Both the position numbers and the translations under genes were made by a program. A DNA stretch of 62,512 nt, filler included, from Bipalium vagum (taxonomy: Eukaryota), in the NCBI GenBank assembly GCA_037834085.1. It is 3 parts of 3 records of this genome, joined end to end, with 100 filler letters (N's around TTAATTAATTAA, not from the genome) between each part and the next. Parts side by side here need not be neighbours in the genome. Positions count along the whole stretch, not along the records: positions 1 to 20,261 come from JBBMKC010256941.1; positions 20,362 to 38,303 come from JBBMKC010045803.1; 1 more part is not named here. One strand, 5' to 3'. Below are positions 13,901 to 26,076 of this stretch, in pieces; position 1 is the first letter of the stretch; each line of letters begins with the position of its first letter. The notes beneath the pieces are model-generated. The model was not told the DNA's origin, ran no database searches, and worked only from the letters and a program-made list of their open reading frames with translations.

Positions 13901-16664
13901 AATAGTACGTATAAAATCAGACGTTAACTGAATAATCTGATTAATTTGACAATTTTTTATTAATTAAAACAATAGTATTAAATTTTGAATGCATAAAAAA
14001 TAACAAAAATAATTAATAATATTTTTCAAAAGAATAAACAAGATTCGATTTTCAGATCAATATAATCAATTAATTAAAAAATAAAGTTCGATTAGAAAAA
14101 AATTATTCCCTGGAAATTTATAATCTTTTAGTAGGCTTAACCAATGTGAAAAATCTTAAATTTAATATATAAATATTTAATGGAATTGAAAAAAAGAAAA
14201 GAAAATATAACATTGAAGGTATAACAAATCTGATTATTTGTAGATATAAGCTGAATGGGTGTAGGAATAAAAATATATAAATAAAAATATAGAGATAAAT
14301 TGTTATACATTCAAAATTTTTTATACCACCATTCTGGACATTTTATTTTAATATTTTTGGTTGTCACCAGTTTCATATTTTTATAACTTGATTATTGGAA
14401 TAAACGGTAGTAATGTAATTAATATCAATAAAATTAATTAGTATCAATATTAGTAGAAAATTTATTGAAGCACTTGGGATTCAAGTCCTCATCAATACTG
14501 ATATATATTTTTGAAAAATATAATAAAATTATAAATATATTATTTTAATTAATATATGGATATATTGACATATTTTAATTATTGGTTTTACGTGTTTAAA
14601 ATTGGAAATCATTAAAAAATAAATTAGAAAATTACAATATAAATTAATTAAAATAGAAAAAAACTGAAGAATAAATTTATGAATTGTATTGGAGCAAGGA
14701 GAGATTTTATGTTTTTCAATGATTGTCGTTTGTGATGATCGGACGTTAAATATCTTAACAGAAAGCAATAACTAAAATTTCAGGCTCAAAAATTAACATA
14801 GGAAATATTAAAATATCCGAAGATGAGATTTAGGGAAAACCAGGAATAGGAAAAAGATATTATTTATTATAATGCATGATTGGAAATTAGATCTTCAAAA
14901 GACAAAACTAAGTTCCTTTACAAAATTAGAATTATTCAAAGTTGACTTGACTAATTTATTATTTTTACCTGACCTAAGTCATGACATTATTACTACTTTT
15001 AAAATGATTGTGATAATTAATAATTTATTTTAACAACTTTCGTATTTATACCTTACTTGTCATAAATATAATAAGTTCGGATTATAAATCTTATTCTCAT
15101 TTTCTTTTTTAAAAAAATCAATTTTTAAAAAATTAGAATATTATTTATATTATTAAACTGAACGTTTTTTATTTTCATAACTGAATGAGATTTATTATCA
15201 TTATATGATTATTATTTGGTGACTTTTTAGTTATTATCTAAATGATAATTGTCTGGTTAATTGAATAAAGATATATTATTCGTTAATAAAGATCAATTAT
15301 TTAAAATATAATGATTTTGAATAAATATATCTATCAAAACAAAATCAAGAAATATCCATTAAACGATTATACAAAAAATAAAATAAAATACGAAACAAAT
15401 GAAACCCAATTCTTAAAAATAATATTGCACAATATTTAAAATCAAGAAAAAATTATTTAATTATTAATTGAAAATAAAAAAGTTTATTAATTTTTGTAAA
15501 AATATATTTTAATATTAATATTTTTGTCACCAGTCTTTGAGTTAAAAATTGATATCTTTCAAAATGATTTATAGAAATATTGATGACATTAATTATTAAT
15601 AAAATTTTTCTGATCCACTTTATATTTATAAACAATAATTTTATAAATAAATCAATTCAAGTATTGATAAGAAACTTTTTCGTGAAACATTTTAAGAAAT
15701 TTTAAACGCTATTTTTATCTTTAAATTATAAAAATATTTTACTTTTGATTTAAAAATTATTTAAGGTTTTCATCAATATATACGGAAATTCTGAAACTTT
15801 TGAATTAAATTTTATTTGACAATATTTATTTTATTTATAAATAATAAATGGATTACACGGTAAAGGAATACATAAAATTTTATTTATAAAAATTAATTTT
15901 CAAAATATCCTCCATTAGCGTAGATACAAACTCGAAGACTCAATGTGAATTAGTCAATCGAGGGGATCACGGGTTTTTCATCTAATTTATTCCAAGCCTT
16001 CTTAAATTCGCGCTTCAAATACTCAACCAATTTTTGAGATTTTGCACAAGCATTTGCCTCAAGTATTCCTGATATGGCATGGTTGAGGTGATTCAAATCT
16101 TGTAAATATGATGGTTATTTTTGTGGTGATAAATCCCGAAAATTTCTGTTATTTTTTGTTCAATGCGAGAGTGCTGAAGTTTATTGGAAGACTCATAATC
16201 AATTTTGACATGCTTACTGGCCCCAAGACATTATAACGATTGAAGAATATACTTACGTAATTCTGTGCATTTAATTTGATTCCATACTGGACAAAATATA
16301 GGTCAGATTTCTCCAAAAATGATACTCTAATTGGTTTCTTTGCTTTGTTTTTTAGCTGCTACATAGTTCGAGCAAATATTCTATCATTTTGAATGTTGTG
16401 AACGTGCTCGACTGCACAAAATTTTTTCATCGATAAAAACACTTCCAATGAAATTGAGCATCGCGCTTACACAGTAAACACCGACATCTTTCCATTCTTA
16501 TTAAAGAGTTTTTACATCAAGATTTTGACCTTTTTTGAGATTCAATGACTTCAGTTGCAGTTCATTTTTAACGACATTATGGACGTGTTGAACTCTTTAT
16601 TTACCTTATTCATGGTCGAGAATTACGTTTAATGCGATCACGAACGTGTTTTCCGATGTATGGG

Positions 16665-16696
<32 letters not shown>

Positions 16697-19575
16697 TTAG
16701 TTAGTATATTTTTTAAGCCAACGTTTTAAATTATATTTTGTTAAGCAGAAAAATCCAAAACCAAAATCTAAATTCTGAACTGATAATCAATTTAAGTCCG
16801 TTGGGTGAAAATTTGAAAATTATTATTAGTGACTTTATTTCTTTTGTTTTCAAAGGCTAACTCTTAACATTTTTCTTAATATTATACAGTTACTTTCACT
16901 AACACAAAACGAGACGGCTTTAATTATCATTTGAAACCTGATAAGTGTATTTATTTATCGTTTTTTAATTAAGAAACAATCAAACTTTCAGCAGATCAGT
17001 TGACAGACCTATTTAGAGAGCCAGAAATCTAAATCTCTAACAATATAATTTCACAAATATTGTTAGGTTTCGTAAAATCTGAAGGGTCAAATGATTTTCT
17101 TAATTTTAAAGAACTTTCATTCAATGATTTTTAAAAAAAAGTATACTCCCTACACTTATCTTTCTTTTCATCCATATTTTCTGCACAGAGTAATGTTGAC
17201 AGACAAATAATGCGATATATTTTACAATCTAACTCTATGATGCCTACTCACTTTAAACAAAATTTTTGCAATAATAGATTATATTGAGTTTTCAACAATC
17301 CGTCTTTTCTCACATATTTTACATTAAGAGATCACTTGAACATTATTAAGACTTCTAAATTACCGCAAATTTCTCTATTAGGGGAATTCGTAGGTACAAT
17401 TTAATAAAATCAATTCAATGAGCAGTTAAATAATTCTCAATTAATACAACTTGCATTAATACCATTTATTTTGTCAGAAGGTTGAAAAATTCGATATTTC
17501 TTTATTTTGAAAATTCCCTAAAATAGATCATTTTTCTATTTAAAAAGATGAAAATCGAAATGAATATTTTTATTAATTAAAATATTTATGCCGGTAGCAA
17601 AAACACGGAAACGAAAATATTTATTTATAAATTATTATCATATCATAATTTCGACTAATCAAATAAAACATTATACATTTTGTGACGTAATCGATTTGCA
17701 CGATTTATAAAATTAGTGCTATATTAAGGATCAATATTTATTTTGAGATCAAACAACTTAATCTTTTTATAAATTAAAAAATTTTCAACAATGACTTTCT
17801 GAAAACATTTTATATATCTGAATCTAAGGGTTCAGAAATAATAATAAAGATATGAATAATAAAAGCATTGTAGACATAATTTTAAAAAATCTTTAAGAAA
17901 AACAATTTTGGTTAATAATCAATTTCAAAGAAAATCGATATATTTTAAATAATATACAACGAAATTACACTAGAAACCAAATACAAAAAACTCACCAATT
18001 GAATGCCGATCATTAATACTGTTTTTAGGGAAAATTGTCGCTCGCAAATATCAAAAAGATCTTCAAGAGACGGACCTAACAGTTCCATTACCAATGCGTT
18101 ATATTTATCGCAAGGTCCAAAATAGAAAACTTTCGGAAACCCTTCTGGAAAAATTTTGTTGATTATTATAAAGAAAGTATTCTTCATAAATATAAGAAAA
18201 GAAATTGGAGAATTTGTGTACATAGCAAATAAATAAACAATTGAAAATAAGACGAAATAAAGCGACAACCATACCGTATTTTTATATTGGGGAAAAATTT
18301 ACCAATAAATAGTTTTACTATAGAAATAATTATAATTGAAACTTTTGTTAAAGGAATTAATTCCAAATGAGCATTTCAGTTGCTCAAGCCACAGTGAAGT
18401 TGTCATGATTATTTAATCGAATCGATTACAATAAGTCAATATTTTTTTGAGTTAATAGTTCTTCTTTGATACGAATAGATCTTTCTAGTTTTTTCGAAAC
18501 TCCTCTATGATTTTGACATTTCGATTCTGTTACTGTTTCAAACATTTTAAAGCTGCACATGTCAATTGGGAAAGAATCAAAAGTAATACGGAAAATGAAT
18601 TGATTCAAAAGAAACAATGTCATTCCAATTTTTTTAATGAATTCTCATTTGTAGAATTATCAAATCTTGAACGTTTTTTTTGCATTGGGATTAAAATTTA
18701 AAAGTCGCTTCTGAAAGATTTCTGCGGTCTTCACCATAAATATATCGGTAGCAGTTTTTCCCTGTGTTTTCATTGGCTGAAATATAGCAGGTTGAGATTT
18801 CAGAGTGTTCCCTCTATGATTGCTCAGTTTGATATTAATATTATTATCCTGAAAAGGATAGACATCAAGCTCAACGCAAAAACATCGAATTTAATAATTG
18901 TACAAGAACATATTAATGAAAATTTACTATATTTTAATTGGTGGTCCATGGTCCTGTTGGTTTACTCAAAAATATTTCATAAATTTACAGTGTAATTCAA
19001 CTGTTTATGTATTAGGTTAAAGAAAAGTTAATTAGCCTAATAAAATCAAAAGATTTCCCAAAAAACTAATCAATAATCAAAATAATGAATCAATGATATT
19101 TTAAATCGATATACGAAAGATTTATTGATTGAAGATATTAAATGGTACATTGGAGTTTGTTTTTACAATTTTACTGACTAATTAAAATATGATACATTGG
19201 AACTAAAATATTACCTGCTTTATCGGTTTGTAGTAATTGATAATACCGATATTCCAGATGGAGTTGTGGAGCGTGACTTTTAATTTGTTCCAATTTGATA
19301 GCGACATGTTCATTCGTGTAAATATTTTTTCCTAATCTCAGTTCTCCGAAATTTCCACATCCAATTTTTTTTCCAACTCGATAATTTGGACCGACCATTA
19401 AAACTGAATTATCATTGTAAATTCCATTTTTCCCATTAAATTCCATCTCTTGGGTTTTCAAATTGCTTGTAGTTTTTAAATTATCATATGTCACAATCTT
19501 AGTCTGAGGTAAAAATTGATTTTGGCGTCTCATTTTGTATAAAACTGTTCCATTGTCTGGATTTGTGGTTATCAT
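3264..19575 (-). CDS. CSNK1G: Casein kinase I gamma (gilgamesh-like), 6 exons: 19575-19215, 18144-17996, 8776-8542, 8493-8323, 3987-3542, 3488-3264; 528 aa
   Basis: CK1-gamma motifs occur in order: [128 protein letters not shown], then a C-terminal CC motif. All five introns are GT-AG with matching phases (1,0,1,1,0). Total CDS is 1587 nt. Exon 4 is absent from the ORF track and was translated by hand. Confidence 0.95.
4895..5104. mobile_element. Tc1-derived MITE (~210 bp) in CK1-gamma intron 4
   Basis: Imperfect TIRs: AACCGCCGCTCAAAAATTGTATGCA on the left and revcomp CACTGCTGCTCAAAAGTTTGTATACA on the right, with TA on both flanks and no ORF. Confidence 0.6.
7872..7905. repeat. (ATT)n microsatellite
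   Basis: Pure ATT triplet run; it explains the poly-Tyr in ORF 7645-7923. Confidence 0.9.
8850..9650 (+). mobile_element. Heavily decayed Mutator-like (MULE) transposase remnant
   Basis: Only scattered motif-like pieces, e.g. [10 protein letters not shown] resembling the MULE HPNIW..I..L C-terminal motif. No intact frame. Confidence 0.25.
11224..11547. repeat. Long imperfect inverted repeat (arms ~125 bp, spacer ~70 bp) in CK1-gamma intron 2
   Basis: Perfect 23-nt core: TCTCAATTATCTTCAAATGATAT (11273-11295) pairs with 11471-11493. Further pairing includes TTCTCTTCATT..TATTGGATAAA with TTTATCCAATA..AATGAAGAGAA. Confidence 0.85.
13230..13655 (-). mobile_element. Mariner 5' fragment (TIR plus HTH N-terminus)
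   Basis: Minus strand reads TA-TTAGGTCGAGGGAAAAG (TIR) and [32 protein letters not shown]...[14 protein letters not shown]. Confidence 0.7.
15920..16720 (-). mobile_element. Degenerate maT/DD37D-type (Tc1/mariner superfamily) transposase remnant
   Basis: Frameshifted minus-strand pieces: VFIDEK...[18 protein letters not shown], and [21 protein letters not shown] (cf. SPDLNPLDYAIWGILE). Confidence 0.7.
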
Positions 19576-20077
19576 TGATTATTTAGTTACTGTTCATAAG
19601 AAATAACATTTTATTAATAAAATAAGTAAAATAAAATTCATAATCAATTAAATAACTATTTTTGAAAATAAAATTATTTAAAAATTACCAAATGTGACGT
19701 TTTCGATATACTATTGTATAATTTATCGTAATTACTTAAATATCTTCATAAGAAACAATCAAATGATGCATTTAGAAATTTAAAACAACAGGCCATAATT
19801 GATTTTAATGTTAATAGAGTATAAAAAATTGATTACGGTCAAATCATTTTGATGATTTAAAAAATTTACTTTGATCACTTGATTTTAATGATAATATTGA
19901 TAAAACAGTCTTTAAGTATCATTTATTAAATTTAATATTTCATCAAGATGAGTAATTTTTAAAGAATTCATCTTATGACTTATTAAGAATTATCTTGAGA
20001 AGATTTAAAGAAAAAATCCCTTTAGGTGTCTGAACAACCGTTGTTTAAATTCACTATGTTTAGTTTATCTTATTAAC

Positions 20078-20080
<3 letters not shown>

Positions 20081-20120
<40 letters not shown>
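20081..20120. repeat. (AAT)n microsatellite
   Basis: Pure AAT run. Confidence 0.9.
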
Positions 20121-20124
<4 letters not shown>

Positions 20125-20261
20125 GTTGGTATCCATAGTAAAGTCAGTGGTTATCCTCATGCAACCCATTAAAAAATCCAAAAATGTTGGGTTTTTACAC
20201 CGACAAAGATTTATTGTTTAAATTCTATTAACTAAATTAAGGCTCACCAACTCCCGTTTGA

Positions 20262-20361
20262 NNNNNNNNNNNNNNNNNNNNNNNNNNNNNNNNNNNNNNN
20301 NNNNNTTAATTAATTAANNNNNNNNNNNNNNNNNNNNNNNNNNNNNNNNNNNNNNNNNNNN
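20262..20361. other. Assembly gap with artificial six-frame stop linker
   Basis: 44 N + TTAATTAATTAA + 44 N = 100 nt. Confidence 0.95.
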
Positions 20362-23300
20362 ATAACGATCCATATTTAATTTTCAAATTCTTAGCTAGAA
20401 TAATGTTAAATATTAATTTATTTAAACAAAAACTACTTTGTATTTAATTTGTTAAAAGTAGTAAAGCTTCCTTTGGAAGACCCTGTATTATTCCAAAAAA
20501 ACAACATTGTTTTTTACTAAACCTGGTATAATAATAAATAATAAATTAACGTTCAGTCTCATATTTGTGTTTTAGAATCAGTATTGATCTTTTGTCTGTT
20601 ATAATATTTCAGTGTCCTTCCTTTCTTTCATCTCTGCTTTCGCGAATTCTATGATTGATCAATCATCCTATTATATGTAGAAGCTGTATTTTCTAAAGTT
20701 TATTATTTATTATTTTTTCTTTATTATTTGATTTTCTTATTCAACTCCATCATCGACATTGACGCAGCCCATTCTCTCCACTGTAAAAGTCAATTTTGTT
20801 GGGACCCAATCTCTGAGGTATCACTGCGCCCCCACTTCTCCGACAATGGACTGTTTTCTTCGTCTGAAGAATGTAAAGGCCAAAGTAACGATTTTGAATT
20901 TTTTTCCCGTGGGTTCTTTCATAGATATTTTTATTATTGATAGAGAAGCAAATGCTGTTACAGACAGATCCCAAATGTAATTCATTGGAAGACCATTTTC
21001 TCAGTTTCAATTTTTGTTGTTTTAAACAACGTTATTTTTTGTTATGATTAACCGTTAAAAGATCTCCAAAAATTTTATAATAAAAAATAAATTCATCAAA
21101 AAATATATAATTAATTTAACAAAAATGATTGGTGGTTAAAATCGTGTCATTCTTTTTATTGGACCAGAGAGATCAGCTAATAGTGATATAAATAGTTTCA
21201 TCAATTTTTTTTTATCATTATAAGTATGAGTTAAATATTTTCCAGATACCGGAAGAATGTGTTAACATTTAATTTTGTCCAGTATCAAAGAGATAATTGG
21301 ATGATGGATAATGATGATCTGAAACGGATATTGGACTGTGAAGGTTGCAATATGCTTATGTTTCTGAAGAAAACTAAATTAAATAAAGATGAGCTTGATT
21401 GGGGATTCTAAAACGAAGCCTGCAAAAGAATAAATTCTGCTTATCAATCTGACAAGATTCAATTTTGAAGGAACAGTCATTCAATTAACAGAACTGATGA
21501 AAGTAATTTATTACTGGTCCCCAATTCATTATATTTCTTGGGTTCATAAAGCCTGAATAGACTCTAGGGCTCTAAATTGATAATAAAAATAAAATTCCAA
21601 AAATAATAAAATGGCTTAATTAATAATTTAATTTTAATTAATTTTTATAATATTAAGAAAATAATAAAAATCATATATTTAAAATAATAATTTATTACAA
21701 AAATAAACATTATTTCGTTGTTGAAATGACGTCAGTCTGAGAAGTTATTTTGGTTAGTTTTTAATTTATTCTGCAAATAGACATCCCGAGAGTAGATATT
21801 AGTGGTCATTGGTAAGTCTCTACATTTATAAAAGACAGAGTCCTCTACAGACTGAAGCAGAAAAATATTTTAGAAAGTACTTGCAAAAATCAAAATATTT
21901 TTGAAAGATATCCTGGAAACCTTTGAAATCGTCAGAAGAATCTTTTATTTTTGTTTGCAAAGTAAAGAGATATTTGAAAAACTATTAAGAGCTTTTATTT
22001 TTCTTTACATTATAAAGAACTAGTTTGAATCATTAAGGACATAGAGGACAACCCTAGGATTCAAAGTTTGCTCCAGTGGAGGCTATTGTTTTTTTTTCTT
22101 TGTGCTGTAATTTTTCATTTCTCTTTTAATTTAATAATTTAATAACGTGATACAGTAACCTTTGAGATTAATATTTGATTATCGATTCTTTTTTAATTAA
22201 TATTAATTCATATAATCAATTTTGGATTTGACATTGATTCACAAACGAAATTGTGATCTTTTCGTGATATTGAGTTTTATCCAGACATTATTTTAGTGTG
22301 ATCTAAAGACATTGAAATTTTTATTTGTTACGATTGTGTGCTGGTGGTAAAAATGAAGATTACTGTGATCATTTCGATTCATTTAGTAAAGCTTATTTTG
22401 GTTATTTTGATTTACAAATACAGTACTAAGTCAGGGTTCAGTAAAATTTCGAGAATAAGTTACACTTTACTATTAAAGTAACATTGGAATATTTTGATAT
22501 TAAACCTACAATATTACTTATAATTGTTATTTTACAATTTTTTTATCTGAATTTTATCCTGTTTTTGTTTACTAATTGTTATTACTTATGCATACGTATT
22601 CCACCTGATTCATTAGAAGGAGGGGTTTCATTCCTACCATTTTCAAACCTCTAATTCTCATTATTTATGGCGTTATCACGTCAAAAATTTTAAATATAAA
22701 AGCAAATACGCATTTTATAAAACATTATTATTATTATTATTTCTATTAACTGTTTATATTTTTGTTATTATCATCAGTATTATTATCCCTGTTATTATTG
22801 TTTTAATTATTTTTCATATTTACACAGTATTATCATTAGTATTATTATTGGCAAGTAATATTAATTTATTAATAATAATGATAATAATATTATCATTACT
22901 TGAGAAATGATATATTTTTGATACCGGATGACATATGTCGCGAAGCACCGTGATCCTGTTATAATAAAATAATAGTTTATTGATAATTCTGGCCGGTCCA
23001 CTCGGGGTTTGGGAGCGGTAGTCGAGCTAACCTGATTACGAGCAGTGGGAAATGACATTTCGTCAGGGAAACCAAAGAGAATAATTGCATTACGCTCAAT
23101 TTATTATATCTAATTAATCAATTTGAGCATAAAATGGAAATTATTTATTCGAAAGATATCCGTCGGCCATGTATGATACAATATATACCGGGCGCTTCGT
23201 TAATATTTCCGAGGAATACGGATTCAGAACTGCCCTTCCTTTTCCCGGTCTTCAAGGAGTTTGGGAATTTAAACGGCCACCGAAGTAAGTCTTTGGGATA

Positions 23301-25560
23301 ATTTATTGGAAAATTATTCTGGAGAAAGAAAGATCGGGAGAATTTATTTTATTTCTTTGAGAAACTGGTTTTGTATTAATTGAATAAATAATAATTATTA
23401 GTAAAAATTATGGGCCCAGTTTTAGACTTTTACTTACAATCGTCGTTCTTTATTTTAGACCCTTTGTTTTTGGCAAAATAAAAAACTTTTATCTTAGCCC
23501 AAAAATTATTTTTGGAAATTATTTACTTCTTTTTTTGCTTTGGAACTCATTTTTCTTCAGTATAAATTATTTGTTTTCATTTTTATTAGGTTGAGTCACA
23601 ACTTAATATCGCTTTATAATACATTTAATTTGTTTTACTGCTTCATTATTACAAAAATGTCCTGCGCAATATTTGACCTCTTTCAGAATCTCTTGCAAAG
23701 GTAAAACGTTTTGGAGTTTTTAATTTTTGTTTTATTAGGTTTGTGCATTGAAAGTGAGCCGTTTTTACAATATCGTTTTTTTTAATTAATAAGTAATATA
23801 AATATTGAGTAAACATAAAACGAAAACGATAATTGATTCAAAATATTTCCACTAGCTGGAATTGATAGGCGACCTTTCAGGGCCTAGCGGACAACCCGGT
23901 GATCCATAGTTTGTTCCAATGGAGACTAATGTTTATTGTTTTCTTAATAACTTCTCACATTTTTCAGGAGGCTGGTGAATTCCTCGATAAATGAAATCGG
24001 CATCTTGATGACTGTCCAACACAACATTATGATTTCCATTAAAGAAAATGAAATATTCACGAATCGTATGATAACTGGTGACAAAAAATTGACTCCAGTC
24101 GTAAAAGACAATTCAAATGACTGAGTTTGTGTTAGATTTTCTTTTCGTTGACAACCTTTGATTCAACGTAAATAATTATAATATAAATTATTGTTAATAT
24201 TTTAAAAAAATTAACCAAAACGTGCGCTCGATCTGACTCCAAAGATCTAAGATCTGAGTTCGCAACGCCAAACAATGAGCATGTAAGTTTTCAATTTATA
24301 TAGTATACACTGACACAACAACAATGTTCATGTTAACAAGGTATCAGAAAATTAACAAACAGGACAATGGCCTTGAGAATACTTCGTCTGCCAAAGGACT
24401 CCAAAATACTTCAATTAAGAAAACACAGCGATGAATGAGAATGACGAGATGAAAATGTAACTCAAAAATCAAATAAATAAGATACAGATACTGAAATGAG
24501 CAACACTGCAGTAAAACCTTAGTATTCGATAACACTTTTGATAAATTTTCCTTGGTTTAATATAGTTCCCATCGATAACTCACAACATATCATCGCTCAA
24601 TATCTAAACCATTGAAACTCTCAAACCAAAGTTGAATAGCATAATCATGTTATAAACACGGAATTCCCATTTACTTCACTCAGTTAATGTAATTTAATTT
24701 CGTTTATACACCAAAAAGAAATAATAGATCACTTTAAATTCTAATCAGTCACAAATCAATTTATTTATCAGTAATCGATATTTTGTTTTAAAAAAATAAA
24801 CAAAACTTTATCCAGAATAAATAATCAAACTCGAATTACCACAAGGAACTTCTCGAATCAATTAACTGTTATTGTTATCTCAAAATCTAATTGATTATCG
24901 TACATTTATCTTTTTTCTCAGACAAATATTTGAGCTCTTATATGGTCACAAGTTAATTGAGAGAAAACACCTTAAAACCAGTATTATCTTTCTTTGGCTT
25001 TGGCTAAAAGTCGTCAGCTGAAATCCCAAGTCGGCGATAAGTCTTTACATTAAAGCCCTTTTTCCATGTTAGGGACAAAAATAAATCTTGTAAAGCAGCT
25101 AAATAAAAATGTTCTATTTTCATATTTATTATCATTATTATTTTTTTGTAATTTTTATTATTATTTTTTTTAATAATAATAATATTTTTATTATTATTAT
25201 TATTAAAGCAAAGTTGATAGGTGACATTTAGAACATTTTTTATTTTATTTTAATTAAAAATTTTTAATCAAAACTTTCAATAATGTTTGATTTTTTGTTA
25301 AGTTTCATAAATTAATTATTCATCACTTATTAAAATAATTAATTTAAAAATTTAGAGCTTTTACATTTACTACCACCGATTATGTACCATTATTAATTTA
25401 AAGATTATTATTTATTTTTATTTGGAAAAAAAATTCACAATAATAATACTGGCGTTATCAATGATCAATTTGAAATCCTCAATAATTTTCTGACACTTCT
25501 TCACTGTAACCCAGTCAACTCTTGCTTGGCAAACTCAGAATAAGACAGTGTGCTGAGGAT

Positions 25561-25570
25561 CAGCCAATCA
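25561..25570 (+). promoter_or_regulatory. CCAAT box (NF-Y consensus) in a GC-richer island upstream of the GPCR
   Basis: CAGCCAATCA lies about 510 bp upstream of the GPCR ATG. Function is inferred only. Confidence 0.3.
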
Positions 25571-26076
25571 CAGACGTTAAGATCTGAACTATACCAAGCT
25601 GCTTTAGTGAAGTCAATCAGAAAATATTTGTGATCAATATTTATAATATTATTAATATTGATTATTTTAAGCTGAATAATAAAGAAAAAATAAATAATGA
25701 AATCAACAAAAGGGAAATCAACAAAATCATATAAAACTTTCATTTATTAAAAGGGTTTTAGTAGGACAAAAAAAATATTTAATTACTTCTGCATTGCTTG
25801 TTATATATTTTATACACCATTGTCATGGTGAAGTTCTCTTAAAACTCAAAAAATAACCCAATGCCATCTTCAAATATTTTTGGTTAATTTTTTCTATTAT
25901 TATTATTATTAATTATTATTTTTCAATCTTAAATCTTAGCAATGAAACCAAAGAAATCTCCTTTTCATTTGTTTTGTCAATTTTTCGACCAATAGAATTT
26001 ATTTAAATGAATTTATAAATTCTTCATTTGGAAAATGTAATGCAAACCGCCGCAGCTCACCAACTACATTGAGAAC

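Noticed and set aside
20306-20317. Identical TTAATTAATTAA palindrome embedded in Ns here and at 38348-38359
   Set aside because: It is symmetric 44N+12+44N padding with stops in all six frames, so it is a scaffolding linker rather than biology.
20560-21020. Overlapping short ORFs, possibly a piggyBac N-terminal relic
   Set aside because: No diagnostic motif or TTAA-bounded TIR pair could be established.
23040-23075. CTGACGA followed by a hairpin on the minus strand, resembling a hammerhead core
   Set aside because: No GAAA after stem II and no stem I/III pairing.
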